Virus record (IMG/VR): IMGVR_UViG_3300017433_000001
Coordinates: 1-55,598 of that record
DNA from: a virus
Reading direction: 5' to 3' (one strand)
DNA: 55,598 bases
Shown here: positions 18,104-27,629 of the stretch, in pieces
How the letters are laid out: each line of letters begins with the position of its first letter
Numbering within the stretch: position 1 is the first letter of the stretch
Position numbers and translations under genes: made by a program
Notes under the pieces: model-generated
Database searches by the model: none
Seen by the model: only the letters and a program-made list of their open reading frames with translations
What the model was told of the DNA's origin: nothing

Positions 18104-20140
18104 ATGTCGTTCGGTGAGTTCTACGCCGCCACGTCCGGGCTTGGAAAGGCCTACTCAGATGGCGCTGCGCAGTTCGACAAGAAGCAGATGCTGGGCGCGC
18201 TCGGCTCAAAGCTTCAGGCCGGCGATTATGCTGGCGCGTCGAAGGTCGCCTTCGATGCTGGCGACCCTGATACGGGTCTGAGCCTGCTTAAGCTCGGGCA
18301 GTCCGCCAAGCAGTCGGCCGATGCCAACGCTGCGTTCAACTCATTCGGACAGTCGTATGCGGGCGGCGGCACGCCGCAGTCGTTGGGAACTCTTGGTGCG
18401 CAGCCAGCCGCACCCCCGACCGCATCGCGTCCGGGCGCTTCCCTGCCGTCCTTTGCTCAAGGGAGCGACATCGGTCGCTATGCAGGGGCGATCCAGAGCA
18501 ACGAGAGCGGCGGGAATTATGGGATCGTCGGGCCGACGCATCCGAAATACGGTCGCGCACTCGGCGCTTATCAGGTCATGGAGAGCAATCTTCCCTCATG
18601 GTCGCGTGAAGCCATCGGACGTGAGGTGACGCCGGATGAGTTTCTGAAGAGCCCGCAGATCCAAGACGCGATCTTCCAGAAGAAATTCGGGCAGGCCGTC
18701 GAAAAGTACGGCAACCCCCAGGACGCGGCGTCGGTGTGGTTCACGGGGCGCCCTCTCGCGCAGGGGGCGAATGCGCGGGACGTCCTCGGCACCACCGGCC
18801 AACGATACGTCGACAAGTTTACGGCGGCTCTCGGCCGGGGCGCACCGGCTGCGGCTCCGCAGCTTCCCGCAACGGCGATGCAGATGCCGCCCCCGGCCCC
18901 GGCCGCGCAGACCGCTCCGGTGCAGGTAGCCTCGGCGGACCGTTCATTCGTGCCTACCATGCCCGGCGCGACTCAGACGGCGCCCGCTTCTCCCGCGCTT
19001 CCGTCTCCCTCCCCCGGCACGCCCACCATGACCATGCCAGGCGCAGACTCGGCGCCTGCCGCTGCGCCCGAGGCCACGCCCGAAGCGCGAGCGCAGGTCT
19101 CGGCCGCTGTTCCGCAGCAACTCGCGCAAGCGGGCCTGCCGCCGGCCGCCGCGCAACAGGTTGGGGCCACTGCGCCGGCTTCGCAGCAGCGCATCGGCGC
19201 TCTGATCCGGCTCGCGACGATGCCGGGCCTATCAGAGGGCCAGTCGGGCGTCGTGAAGACGCTCCTGTCGAACGAGCTTGAACAGACCAAGGCGCCCGAC
19301 GAGGTCAAGAAGTACCTCTTCGCGCGCGGGCAGGGCTATGGCGGCTCGTTCGTGGATTTTCAGCGAGAGGGCCAGCGCCCGGTCGGCCCCCAGACGGTTT
19401 CGGCCGGCAGCGCCCTCGTGGACCCCAATACCGGCCGCGTCATCTTTCAGGCGCCGGACAAGGAGGGCGGCGGCGTCACCCTCTCTCCGGGACAGGTGCG
19501 CTTCGATGCGCAGGGCAGGCGGATTGCAGAGGTCGCGGATCGCGACAAATCGAACGAGGGTGAAGCCAAGCTCCGCACCGAGTTCACGAAACAGCTTGGC
19601 ACCTTCGGTGAGGTGCAGGACGGCTATCGTCGCCTGATCGCGGCCACCGAACAGCGCGAGAGCAACCCCGGCGCGGTGTCGCCCGCATCGGATATCGGCC
19701 TCGTGTTCGGCTTCATGAAAATGCTCGATCCGGGGTCGGTCGTGCGTGAGGGGGAATTCGCGTCGGCGCAGAATGCGGCCGGCGTCCCCGAGCGCATCCA
19801 GAACCTCTACAACAAGGCGCTGAACGGTGAGATTCTGAACCCGACGCAGCGCCAGGATTTCATTGATACCGCCCAGCGCCTCTATGGGCAGGCTCGCCAG
19901 GGGGCCGAAAGCGTTGCCACCCGGTACAGTGACCTGGCGAAGGGGCAGGGGCTCGATGTTGGCCGGGTCGTGGCCCTGCCGCCCGCTCTGTCGGCCCCGA
20001 AGGTGGGGCGCCCGAAAGCGTCCACGCCAGAAGCCGCCCCAAAATTCAAGGAGGGCACTGTCATCGTGAACCCTCAGACCAACGAAGAGCTTGTGCGGCG
20101 CGGAGGCCAGTGGGTTCCGAATGCGCGGTCTGAACTATGA
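18104..20140 (+). CDS. Internal virion/ejection protein with lytic transglycosylase (SLT-like) domain
   Basis: IQSNESGGNYGIVGP...LGAYQVM...WFTG is an SLT-type motif with a catalytic Glu. Long Pro/Ala-rich linker. 678 aa. Confidence 0.8.
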   Translation: MSFGEFYAATSGLGKAYSDGAAQFDKKQMLGALGSKLQAGDYAGASKVAFDAGDPDTGLSLLKLGQSAKQSADANAAFNSFGQSYAGGGTPQSLGTLGAQPAAPPTASRPGASLPSFAQGSDIGRYAGAIQSNESGGNYGIVGPTHPKYGRALGAYQVMESNLPSWSREAIGREVTPDEFLKSPQIQDAIFQKKFGQAVEKYGNPQDAASVWFTGRPLAQGANARDVLGTTGQRYVDKFTAALGRGAPAAAPQLPATAMQMPPPAPAAQTAPVQVASADRSFVPTMPGATQTAPASPALPSPSPGTPTMTMPGADSAPAAAPEATPEARAQVSAAVPQQLAQAGLPPAAAQQVGATAPASQQRIGALIRLATMPGLSEGQSGVVKTLLSNELEQTKAPDEVKKYLFARGQGYGGSFVDFQREGQRPVGPQTVSAGSALVDPNTGRVIFQAPDKEGGGVTLSPGQVRFDAQGRRIAEVADRDKSNEGEAKLRTEFTKQLGTFGEVQDGYRRLIAATEQRESNPGAVSPASDIGLVFGFMKMLDPGSVVREGEFASAQNAAGVPERIQNLYNKALNGEILNPTQRQDFIDTAQRLYGQARQGAESVATRYSDLAKGQGLDVGRVVALPPALSAPKVGRPKASTPEAAPKFKEGTVIVNPQTNEELVRRGGQWVPNARSEL

Positions 20141-22815
20141 GCGATGATCTGCCGCCGGGCTTCGTGCTGAAGCCGGAGACCGCGCCTGTCCAGCCGCCTG
20201 CCGCACCAAAGCAGGCTCCGGCTGCGCCTGGGGACGATCTCCCGCCTGGCTTCATCCTCAAGGAGGCTCCCGTCCGCACAGCCGACCTGCCTGCACCCGG
20301 TGCAAAGCCGGTCGGCTTCGTCGTTCCAGGGCAGGAGCCGCCCGCGCGGCCGGGCGGGGAATTCACGCTCTCCAATCTCGTCAGGGGGATCTACAACTCG
20401 GCCGTGAGCGCCGTGACGCTTCCTGGCGACGTCTACAAGGGCAAGGTGCAGACCAGGCCCTCGGCGATGACGCAGGAAGAGGGAATGCGCGTGGCCGATC
20501 TCGCGGGCTTTGCCAGTCCCGTTTCGCCGGGACGCATCGCGACGCAAGCCGAAAAGTCGTGGATTTTCGCCGATCCACGAGCCGGCGCAACGCGCCGCGC
20601 TGCCCAGGAGACGGTTGGGATCACGCCTGGCTCCGTCGTAACGGACGCCGCAGACATGGGCATCACGTTGACCGCAGGCCAGCGCACCGCCGACCCGGCC
20701 TTGCTTTCGACTGAGAATGCGATGGCCGGCGGCGCCAAGGGTGCGCAGGCCCAGCGCATCGCTCGCGAGGCGGCGGACCGGCAGCAATCCGAAATCGCGG
20801 CCGCGCGTGACAGCATCGGCGATACGGCGGGCTTGGGACAAATCGCGCTTGACCGCCCCGCCGATGCCGGCGGGCTCGTTGGTGAGACCGTTCAGAAGTA
20901 CGGCACGACGGCCCAGCGCGAGCTTGAGGCCCGCAATCTGGCCGAGGCCCAGCGGGTCGCGCAACTGAACGAGGCCGAGGCCACCCGCGTCGCAACTGCC
21001 AATGCAGCGGAAGAGGCTCGCGCACAGGCCGCGAACGAAGCCGCGACTCGCGCCGCGCAGCAATCGGCCGAAGCAAGCCGCCAGCGGTTCAACCCACAGG
21101 ATCTCCGCCCCGTCGATGCCGGCGCCGACGTTGCCGAGGCGGTGCGCAATCGCGCGACACAGGGTCGGGAGCGGTACCAGCAAGGCTACCGCGAAGCCTT
21201 CGACCGCGAGGGACAGATTGACCCCGGCTTCTTCCAGGGTGTGGCCCGCCCCGGCGGCCAGGAACTCACGGCCAGCGGATCACCGCTCAACGAGTTCGCT
21301 GCGCCGATCTCGCAGCGGATCACGGAGGATCTGGTTCGGCGGGCCGAGCCGATCATCATCGACAAGACGTTGACGCCGCTCGCCTCAGCAACTCTGAACG
21401 ACCTCAACCGCGTCGCCAGCCTTAATCTCGGGCGCATCGGACAGCCGGGCGCCGGTGAGACGGTGGCCGGTGTCAATCTGCGTGGCATCGAACAGGCTCG
21501 CAAGATCATCACGGCCCGCATCCGTGCGGCGTCGGCGACCCCGGAGGATGCCCGTGCGCTGCGCGGCGTGATGGACGCCTTCGACAACCAGTTGGAGCGC
21601 GGTTTCGATAGCGTGCTGTTCTCGGGCGACGAGGGGGCGCTTCAGGGGCTCCGCGCGGCCCGCCAGCAATTCCGCGACTACCAGCAGACGTTTCGCCCCC
21701 GCGCACAGGGTGACGATGCCGGACGTGTGATCCAGAACATCATCGAGCGCGATGCCTCGCCGGAGGAAGTGGCGAACTACGTCATCGGGTCCTCTCGTGT
21801 CGGCGGGACGGGCACGAGCGTGCGAACCTTCACGCGCCTTCGCGAGATCCTGGGCGCCGATAGCCCGGAGATGCAGGCGATCCAGGGGGCGACGTGGCAG
21901 AAGCTGACCGGCGGTTTGGAGGCCGCGACGCCGGCCGGCGCGCAGCGGCTGTCCGAGCGCATCCGTGAGTTCACTTCGGGGCAGGGCAGCACCCTGGCGC
22001 GCCAGATGTTCCCGCCTGACGACCTCGCCGCGATGCGGTCCTTTGGCGACGCCATGCAGGCGTTTGCCCGCCGTGCCCCTGAACGTCCCGGCGAGCCGTT
22101 GCCGAAGCCTGTACCCCTGAAAGCTGCGCAGGAAGAGGCGACGGGACACATCAAAACCCTGATCGATGTCGCCAACAAGCGCCTTTCGCCCGAGGACACT
22201 GCCGCAGCCTTGTTCGGCTACGGCAACAAGATCACCACGGCCAACATCAGGCTTGTGGACGCCATCGCCAGCATGGTCGGCCGTGAAACGCCGGAGTGGG
22301 CCGCCATTCGGCAGGGCGCGTGGCAGCGGCTGACCGGCGTCGCCGAAGGCAAGACCGAGATGGGCGCGCAGAAGGTCTCTCAGCGCATCCTGGAGTTCAT
22401 CAACGGCGATGGACGCACCATGGCGCGACGCCTCTTTTCCGAAGAGGAATTGAGCGAGATGCGACGGTTCGCAGGCGTGCTCAAGGCCATTGTCGGGCCA
22501 TCCGGCACAACGAACCCGTCCAACTCGGGCAATCGCCTCGCCGGGCTGGCCCGTGACAGCTTCACCGCCATTGGGACCATGCTTGGCGTCAGCGCGGGCG
22601 GCCCGGTCGGCGCGGCGGCTGGCTACGTCATGTCGAAGGGGGTTCGAGCGGCCTCCGACGCACGACAGGGTGCAATCGCCCGGCAGCTTTTCGACGGTCG
22701 GGAGCCGGTCTCCATCGGCAGCCGCTTGGCGGAAGCGAGTGCGGCTATACCTCCATCCACCGGCCTCAGGGCGGTCGGCGGAGCCGTGACAGGGGCGGGG
22801 CAGGGTCGCAATTAG
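20137..22815 (+). CDS. Large ejection/internal virion protein (892 aa) with internal repeats
   Basis: ATGA overlap with the upstream gene. Duplicated DDLPPGF(V/I)LK at the N-terminus and a duplicated module of about 75 aa near the C-terminus. Confidence 0.8.
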   Translation: MSDDLPPGFVLKPETAPVQPPAAPKQAPAAPGDDLPPGFILKEAPVRTADLPAPGAKPVGFVVPGQEPPARPGGEFTLSNLVRGIYNSAVSAVTLPGDVYKGKVQTRPSAMTQEEGMRVADLAGFASPVSPGRIATQAEKSWIFADPRAGATRRAAQETVGITPGSVVTDAADMGITLTAGQRTADPALLSTENAMAGGAKGAQAQRIAREAADRQQSEIAAARDSIGDTAGLGQIALDRPADAGGLVGETVQKYGTTAQRELEARNLAEAQRVAQLNEAEATRVATANAAEEARAQAANEAATRAAQQSAEASRQRFNPQDLRPVDAGADVAEAVRNRATQGRERYQQGYREAFDREGQIDPGFFQGVARPGGQELTASGSPLNEFAAPISQRITEDLVRRAEPIIIDKTLTPLASATLNDLNRVASLNLGRIGQPGAGETVAGVNLRGIEQARKIITARIRAASATPEDARALRGVMDAFDNQLERGFDSVLFSGDEGALQGLRAARQQFRDYQQTFRPRAQGDDAGRVIQNIIERDASPEEVANYVIGSSRVGGTGTSVRTFTRLREILGADSPEMQAIQGATWQKLTGGLEAATPAGAQRLSERIREFTSGQGSTLARQMFPPDDLAAMRSFGDAMQAFARRAPERPGEPLPKPVPLKAAQEEATGHIKTLIDVANKRLSPEDTAAALFGYGNKITTANIRLVDAIASMVGRETPEWAAIRQGAWQRLTGVAEGKTEMGAQKVSQRILEFINGDGRTMARRLFSEEELSEMRRFAGVLKAIVGPSGTTNPSNSGNRLAGLARDSFTAIGTMLGVSAGGPVGAAAGYVMSKGVRAASDARQGAIARQLFDGREPVSIGSRLAEASAAIPPSTGLRAVGGAVTGAGQGRN

Positions 22816-23021
22816 CGACGGCGCCCCATTCCTGAAAAGGCCGCTTCCACAAAAAGTAGGGTTCCGACGAACGCCATCACGGCAACCGCCGTCAGGAGCA
22901 TGACGCTGATTTTCCCGGACTGCGGATAGTACGCGAACAGGTGCCCATACAGCATCCTGCCGCTGACGATCAGCAGCGAGCCGCCGAACACAAAACACAA
23001 AGCGCGTCGACCCGGCGTCAT
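22812..23021 (-). CDS. Small two-TM membrane protein (69 aa), moron
   Basis: ATG 23021 (M35 of ORF 22812..23123). Two hydrophobic spans. Convergent with the ejection gene and overlaps its stop. Confidence 0.55.
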   Translation of the reverse strand: MTPGRRALCFVFGGSLLIVSGRMLYGHLFAYYPQSGKISVMLLTAVAVMAFVGTLLFVEAAFSGMGRRR

Positions 23022-23186
23022 CAGTCCTCGCTGTTGTCCAGCCGCCAAACCTAACCCACCTCGCCCCCGTCCGTCACCTCCCCACGGCTGCCCTCTCCGG
23101 CGGCCTCTCCCGCGTTGGGACACCCCATGCCCCTGCTACTGCCTTTCTCGTGCCTGCCGACCTTCGGGCCGGGCGGGTTTCCGGTC

Positions 23187-24185
23187 ATGGACGCGTTGCT
23201 GTTCGTCTTCGCGGCGAACACGACGAGCCCCGTGACGGCCTACAGCGATCCGGGGCTGTCGATCCCGCTGACGCACCCGATCAAGGCGGATGGGTCGTCG
23301 GGGTGCTTTCCCATCGTCTACGTACCCGGCGGGACCTATCGCTTGCGGGTCACGGACGGCACAGGCGTGCAGATCCGGGAGATTGAAGGGTACGCGGTCG
23401 CGGATGCTGTCGCGCCCGGCGGTGGCGGCAGTGGCAACGTCGACACGACCCGGCTGGCACAAACCGGCGACGTCAAGGACCGCTATGCGGCCGGCGTTCA
23501 TGCCGGGTGGGTGCGGATGAACGGCCGGACCATTGGCCCGTCGTCCTCGGACGCGTCCGAGCGCGCCAACGACGACGCGCACGATCTTTTCGTCCACCTC
23601 TGGCAGACGGACGCAACGCTCGCCGTCTCCGGCGGGCGGGGACCGAACGCCGAAAGTGATTGGGCCGCGTCCAAGACCATCGCCTTGCCGGATCAGCGCG
23701 GCCGGGCGCGGATCGCGCTCGACACCCTCGGCAATGGGAACGCCGGCCGGTTGCTGGGCGGACTGTTCCTCGCGGGCGATCCCTCGACGGTCGGTGCGAC
23801 GATGGGTGAGGCGGCCCACACCCTCACCGTCGCCCAGCTTCCGAGTTTCACCGTGCCCGTCTCGGCCTCTATGGACACGCAGGGCATCCACCAGCACGGC
23901 GGCACCACGAGCGGGTTCAGCTCCGACCACAACCACGCCATTTCGGTGAAGGGCTATCCGTTCACGCAGGGCGGGCCGCTCACGATCTTCACGCCGGTCA
24001 CGTCAGGCGGTGATGCGACGATCCCGACCAACGGGACGTCGAACAACCACACGCACACGTTTGGAACCGATTTTCAGGGCGCTCACGCGCACAACATCAC
24101 CGTGTCGGTCGGCTCGGTCGGCGGTGGGCAGTCTTTCAGCCTGCTTCCGCCCGCGCTGCTCGTCAGCAGCTATATCAAGCTGTAG
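23187..24185 (+). CDS. Tail fibre protein with phage tail-collar domain
   Basis: MDALLFVFAANTTSPVTAYSD N-terminus. GWVRMNGRTIG...LPDQRGR collar motif. His-rich C-terminus (HQHGG, HNH, HTHTF, HAHN). The alternative start at 23115 is less likely. Confidence 0.8.
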   Translation: MDALLFVFAANTTSPVTAYSDPGLSIPLTHPIKADGSSGCFPIVYVPGGTYRLRVTDGTGVQIREIEGYAVADAVAPGGGGSGNVDTTRLAQTGDVKDRYAAGVHAGWVRMNGRTIGPSSSDASERANDDAHDLFVHLWQTDATLAVSGGRGPNAESDWAASKTIALPDQRGRARIALDTLGNGNAGRLLGGLFLAGDPSTVGATMGEAAHTLTVAQLPSFTVPVSASMDTQGIHQHGGTTSGFSSDHNHAISVKGYPFTQGGPLTIFTPVTSGGDATIPTNGTSNNHTHTFGTDFQGAHAHNITVSVGSVGGGQSFSLLPPALLVSSYIKL

Positions 24186-24197
24186 CGGGGCCATCGC

Positions 24198-24656
24198 ATG
24201 TCGCTCTCGCGCCGCCGCCTGATCCCACGTCGTGGGGATTGGGTCTCTCATTTCCGCGTCCTGCCCGAGCGGGCGCCCGTCGATCCCTCCACCGCCCGGT
24301 TCACCGTAACCGTTATGGCGCTCGATGAGGGGCGTTGGGGCTACGATTACGGGCGGACATTCACGGGCACCCGTTGCGGGCTGTCTGCCTCAAGCGACGA
24401 CGGCACGAACCGCGTCGCCATCGGCGTGAGTTCAACCGCCCTGGTGATCTCCTGGCGCTTTCCGCTCGCTGAGACCCGTAGCCTCCCGGCGGGCAGCTAC
24501 CTCGTGAGCGTCGGCGCCCTCGTTGCCGACGAGGTGCAGGAAATCGGCTCGTTCGTCGTCGTGGCGGACGGCTCGCCCGCGTCGAGCCCCACGGCTCAGC
24601 CGGTCGCAGCCGACCCCGTCACGCCCAACGTGATCCCCGTCGTGGAGGAATTCTAG
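24198..24656 (+). CDS. Hypothetical tail-associated protein (152 aa)
   Basis: Track ORF between two fibre genes. Confidence 0.6.
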   Translation: MSLSRRRLIPRRGDWVSHFRVLPERAPVDPSTARFTVTVMALDEGRWGYDYGRTFTGTRCGLSASSDDGTNRVAIGVSSTALVISWRFPLAETRSLPAGSYLVSVGALVADEVQEIGSFVVVADGSPASSPTAQPVAADPVTPNVIPVVEEF

Positions 24657-24657
24657 A

Positions 24658-26088
24658 ATGGCCGATACCACGGTCTTCGTCCGCGCGCGGCTCGACTATT
24701 CCAACACGGCGGGCAACACCCGTCTCATCACCGACAACGGCGGGTTTGCGATCAATCAGGCCGATGGCCTGTTGTTCTCGCGGGCCGGGGACGGCTCGAC
24801 GCGGGTCTCCCGCCTGATCTCGCCGACCGAGTACGCGGCGCTTCTCGCCGGCATGGGCAGCGGAACGCTCGCGCCCATCGCCACATCGGGCAGCGCCAGC
24901 GACCTGTCCACCGGCACCGTGCCCGTCGCGCGCCTGCCGACCACGGGCACGGCCGGCACCTACGGGTCCGCGACACAGGTTCCGGTGGTCACGGTGGATG
25001 CGCAGGGCCGCGTGTCCGGCGTGACGCTGGCGACTATCGCGAGCGGGGGCGGCGGGCCGACGAGTACGGATGGGCTCCCCGAGGGCACCACCAACCTCTA
25101 TTTCACCACGGCGCGGGCGCGGGCCGCAATCTCGGTGTCGGGCTCGCTCTCCTACAACACTACCACAGGCGTCATCACGGCGCCGACCCTAGCTGCGGTG
25201 GCAACGAGCGGCTCGGCTTCGGATCTCACCACGGGCACGCTCCCGGCGGCCCGCCTGCCCAACACCGCCGTGACACCGGGCACGTTCACCAACGCGACGC
25301 TCACCGTGGATGCCACAGGGCGGCTCACGGCGGCGTCGAGCGGCACCGCCAGCGGTACAGGCACGGTCACGTCCTCGGGGACGCCCACCTCGGGCCAGCT
25401 CGCGCGCTTCACGAGCGCAACGGACATCGCTGGCGTCACCGCGCTCCCGGCGGCAAACTTCCCGGCCCTGACGGGCGACTTGACCACCACGGCCGGGTCC
25501 CTAGCGACCACGCTCGCCGCGAGCGGCGTCACCGCGCAGGCTTACACCGGCCTCCACAGCGCGACCTTCGACGCCAAGGGCCGTGCGACCGCTGCGGCCA
25601 ATGTCGCGCTCACGGGCGATGTGACGACCACGGCGGGGTCGCTCGCAACGACGATTGCGGCGGGCGTCGTCACCTTCGCCAAGCTCGCGGCGGCGGCGGT
25701 CGCCTCGGCAGCCTCGGACGTCTGGACCAACGTCGCGTCCAAGGCGCTGTCGGTCAACGCGCTCTGGTCCTCGCAGGCGTTCGTCACGCTCACCGACGCG
25801 GCCACCATCGCGACCGACATGAGCACCTTCCTCAACGCGAAGGTGACGCTGGCCGGCAATCGCACCCTCGGCACGCCCACCAACGCCAAGGAGGGGCAAA
25901 GCGGGCTTATCCAGATCATTCAGGACGCCACCGGCTCGCGGACCCTAGCCTATGCCACGGGTTGGGACTTCGGCTCGGCCGGCACGCCCACGTTGTCCAC
26001 GGCGGCGGGCAAGATCGACACGATTTCCTACGTGGTCATCAACACGACCGGCCCGGTGGTCCGTGCGTACTTCGGGAAGTCGGCCTGA
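24658..26088 (+). CDS. Tail fibre protein with tandem ATSGSASDL(S/T)TGT.P.ARLP repeats
   Basis: Repeated fibre motif seen at least twice. Thr/Ala/Gly-rich. 476 aa. Confidence 0.75.
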   Translation: MADTTVFVRARLDYSNTAGNTRLITDNGGFAINQADGLLFSRAGDGSTRVSRLISPTEYAALLAGMGSGTLAPIATSGSASDLSTGTVPVARLPTTGTAGTYGSATQVPVVTVDAQGRVSGVTLATIASGGGGPTSTDGLPEGTTNLYFTTARARAAISVSGSLSYNTTTGVITAPTLAAVATSGSASDLTTGTLPAARLPNTAVTPGTFTNATLTVDATGRLTAASSGTASGTGTVTSSGTPTSGQLARFTSATDIAGVTALPAANFPALTGDLTTTAGSLATTLAASGVTAQAYTGLHSATFDAKGRATAAANVALTGDVTTTAGSLATTIAAGVVTFAKLAAAAVASAASDVWTNVASKALSVNALWSSQAFVTLTDAATIATDMSTFLNAKVTLAGNRTLGTPTNAKEGQSGLIQIIQDATGSRTLAYATGWDFGSAGTPTLSTAAGKIDTISYVVINTTGPVVRAYFGKSA

Positions 26089-27041
26089 TGTTCATGATGA
26101 CGCCGACGATCCTGCGGCCTTCGTTGCTCGCCGCGTTCCTGAAGCCGCAGGACGTGTTCGCGACGAGTTTGTATACGGCCTCCTCCACGCAGCAATCCGT
26201 CACAAACGGTCTTGATCTTATTGGGCGCGGCGGTCTTTTCTGGGAAAAAACCAGAAGTATCTCCGGGGACAATTATTTGGTAGATACGGCGCGTGGCGCA
26301 GGCAAAGTGCTAGTAACAAACAGCACATCCTCTGAGTTTTCTGCGGATAATTATCCGACATTTCTTTCCAATGGCTTCCGAGTTCCTGGTGGTATGTATC
26401 CAACAGGAACAAGTCTTGTATCGCAGTGTTTCGCCCGCGCCGCCAAGTTCTTCGACACGAACGTATTCACGCACACGAACGGCACGCCCACCAACATCGA
26501 CCTGTCGTCGCTCGGTGTCGTGGGCGACGCGGTGGTCAAGCGCCGGGATGCCGCTGGCGATTGGTACGCTTGGCACCGCTCGCTGACGGCGGGAAACAAC
26601 CTCCGCCTGAACACGACCGATGCGCAGAGCGCGACGAATGCCTTCATCTCCGTGAGCGGCACGACGCTGACGTTCTCGGCTTCGGCCCCGTCCGGCAGCT
26701 ATACCTATCAGGCCCGCGCCCACGATCCGAGCGCAGACGGGATTGTGCAGTGTGGGAGCACTACAATCTCAAACGGCGTAACCAATATTCCGCACGGATG
26801 GTCTGGTGGTGCGCAATGGCTTCTTTATAAAGTCGCAGACAACTCATCGGCGCCCTGGTATATTTATGATACCGCTCGAAGCGGGGCTAATTTCGCAGGA
26901 ACCGACCCTTTCTTGCTTGCTAATTCCTCTGCCGCCGAAAATCCGTCTGGCAATTTTCTGTCGCAGTCTGGAGGGGTCCTTACCATGAACGATGGAACCC
27001 CCGGCACATACATTTGGTGTGTCATCCGAGCCCCATACTAG
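26088..27041 (+). CDS. Tail fibre-like / host-range protein (317 aa)
   Basis: TGATG overlap (M43 of ORF 25962..27041). LFWEKTRSISGDNYLVDTARG pattern recalled from podovirus fibre-like proteins. Contains patches of lower GC. Confidence 0.7.
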   Translation: MFMMTPTILRPSLLAAFLKPQDVFATSLYTASSTQQSVTNGLDLIGRGGLFWEKTRSISGDNYLVDTARGAGKVLVTNSTSSEFSADNYPTFLSNGFRVPGGMYPTGTSLVSQCFARAAKFFDTNVFTHTNGTPTNIDLSSLGVVGDAVVKRRDAAGDWYAWHRSLTAGNNLRLNTTDAQSATNAFISVSGTTLTFSASAPSGSYTYQARAHDPSADGIVQCGSTTISNGVTNIPHGWSGGAQWLLYKVADNSSAPWYIYDTARSGANFAGTDPFLLANSSAAENPSGNFLSQSGGVLTMNDGTPGTYIWCVIRAPY

Positions 27042-27053
27042 GACCCGCCAGCC

Positions 27054-27629
27054 ATGACGCACGCAATCCGCGCCGGCTCCGGCTGGGCGCTTCTCCCCTA
27101 TGGCGAGGACGTCACCTATCAGGGCGTCACGGCCTCCTACGCTACGGTCATGCTGTGGTCTGACGACGAGCGCGAGGCGTTCGGTGTCTACGTGGTTCCG
27201 GAGCCTGATGCGGCGCCGGAGGGGCAGATGGAGACGAGCCGCACGCTCGTGAGCCGCAGCAAGCGCCCGGTTTGGTCCGTCTCCTACCAGCCGGCACCAG
27301 ATCCCAAGCCGCCCACCGCACCCGACAACCCGACGCTCGGCGACTGGCGCGTGGGGCTCGTCCTCTGGAAGACGCCGGGCGGAAATCGCCGAGACGAGGT
27401 GCTTGCCAAGATCAAGGCGCTTCTCGACGCGGGGCACCCCCTCGGTCCTGTCGCCGACGAACGGGTGAACTATTCCAACAACGTGCTGCGGGCCGACCTC
27501 CTGGCGCTCAAGGACGCCGTGGGCTTCTCCGTCGAGGACATCGAGGAAAGCCTCTGGCGCGCGGCTCAGGTGCAGGCCGGCGATCTCTCCGGCGTCTGGC
27601 CGCTTCCCAACGACAAGGACACCCCATGA
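27054..27629 (+). CDS. Hypothetical protein (191 aa)
   Basis: Track ORF. Its stop overlaps the tailspike start. Confidence 0.65.
   Translation: MTHAIRAGSGWALLPYGEDVTYQGVTASYATVMLWSDDEREAFGVYVVPEPDAAPEGQMETSRTLVSRSKRPVWSVSYQPAPDPKPPTAPDNPTLGDWRVGLVLWKTPGGNRRDEVLAKIKALLDAGHPLGPVADERVNYSNNVLRADLLALKDAVGFSVEDIEESLWRAAQVQAGDLSGVWPLPNDKDTP

Noticed and set aside
24850-25300. Periodic repeats that could be mistaken for a CRISPR-like or tandem DNA array.
   Set aside because: They are in-frame, imperfect coding repeats (ATSGSASDL.TGT.P.ARLP) of a tail-fibre protein, with no spacer-repeat architecture.
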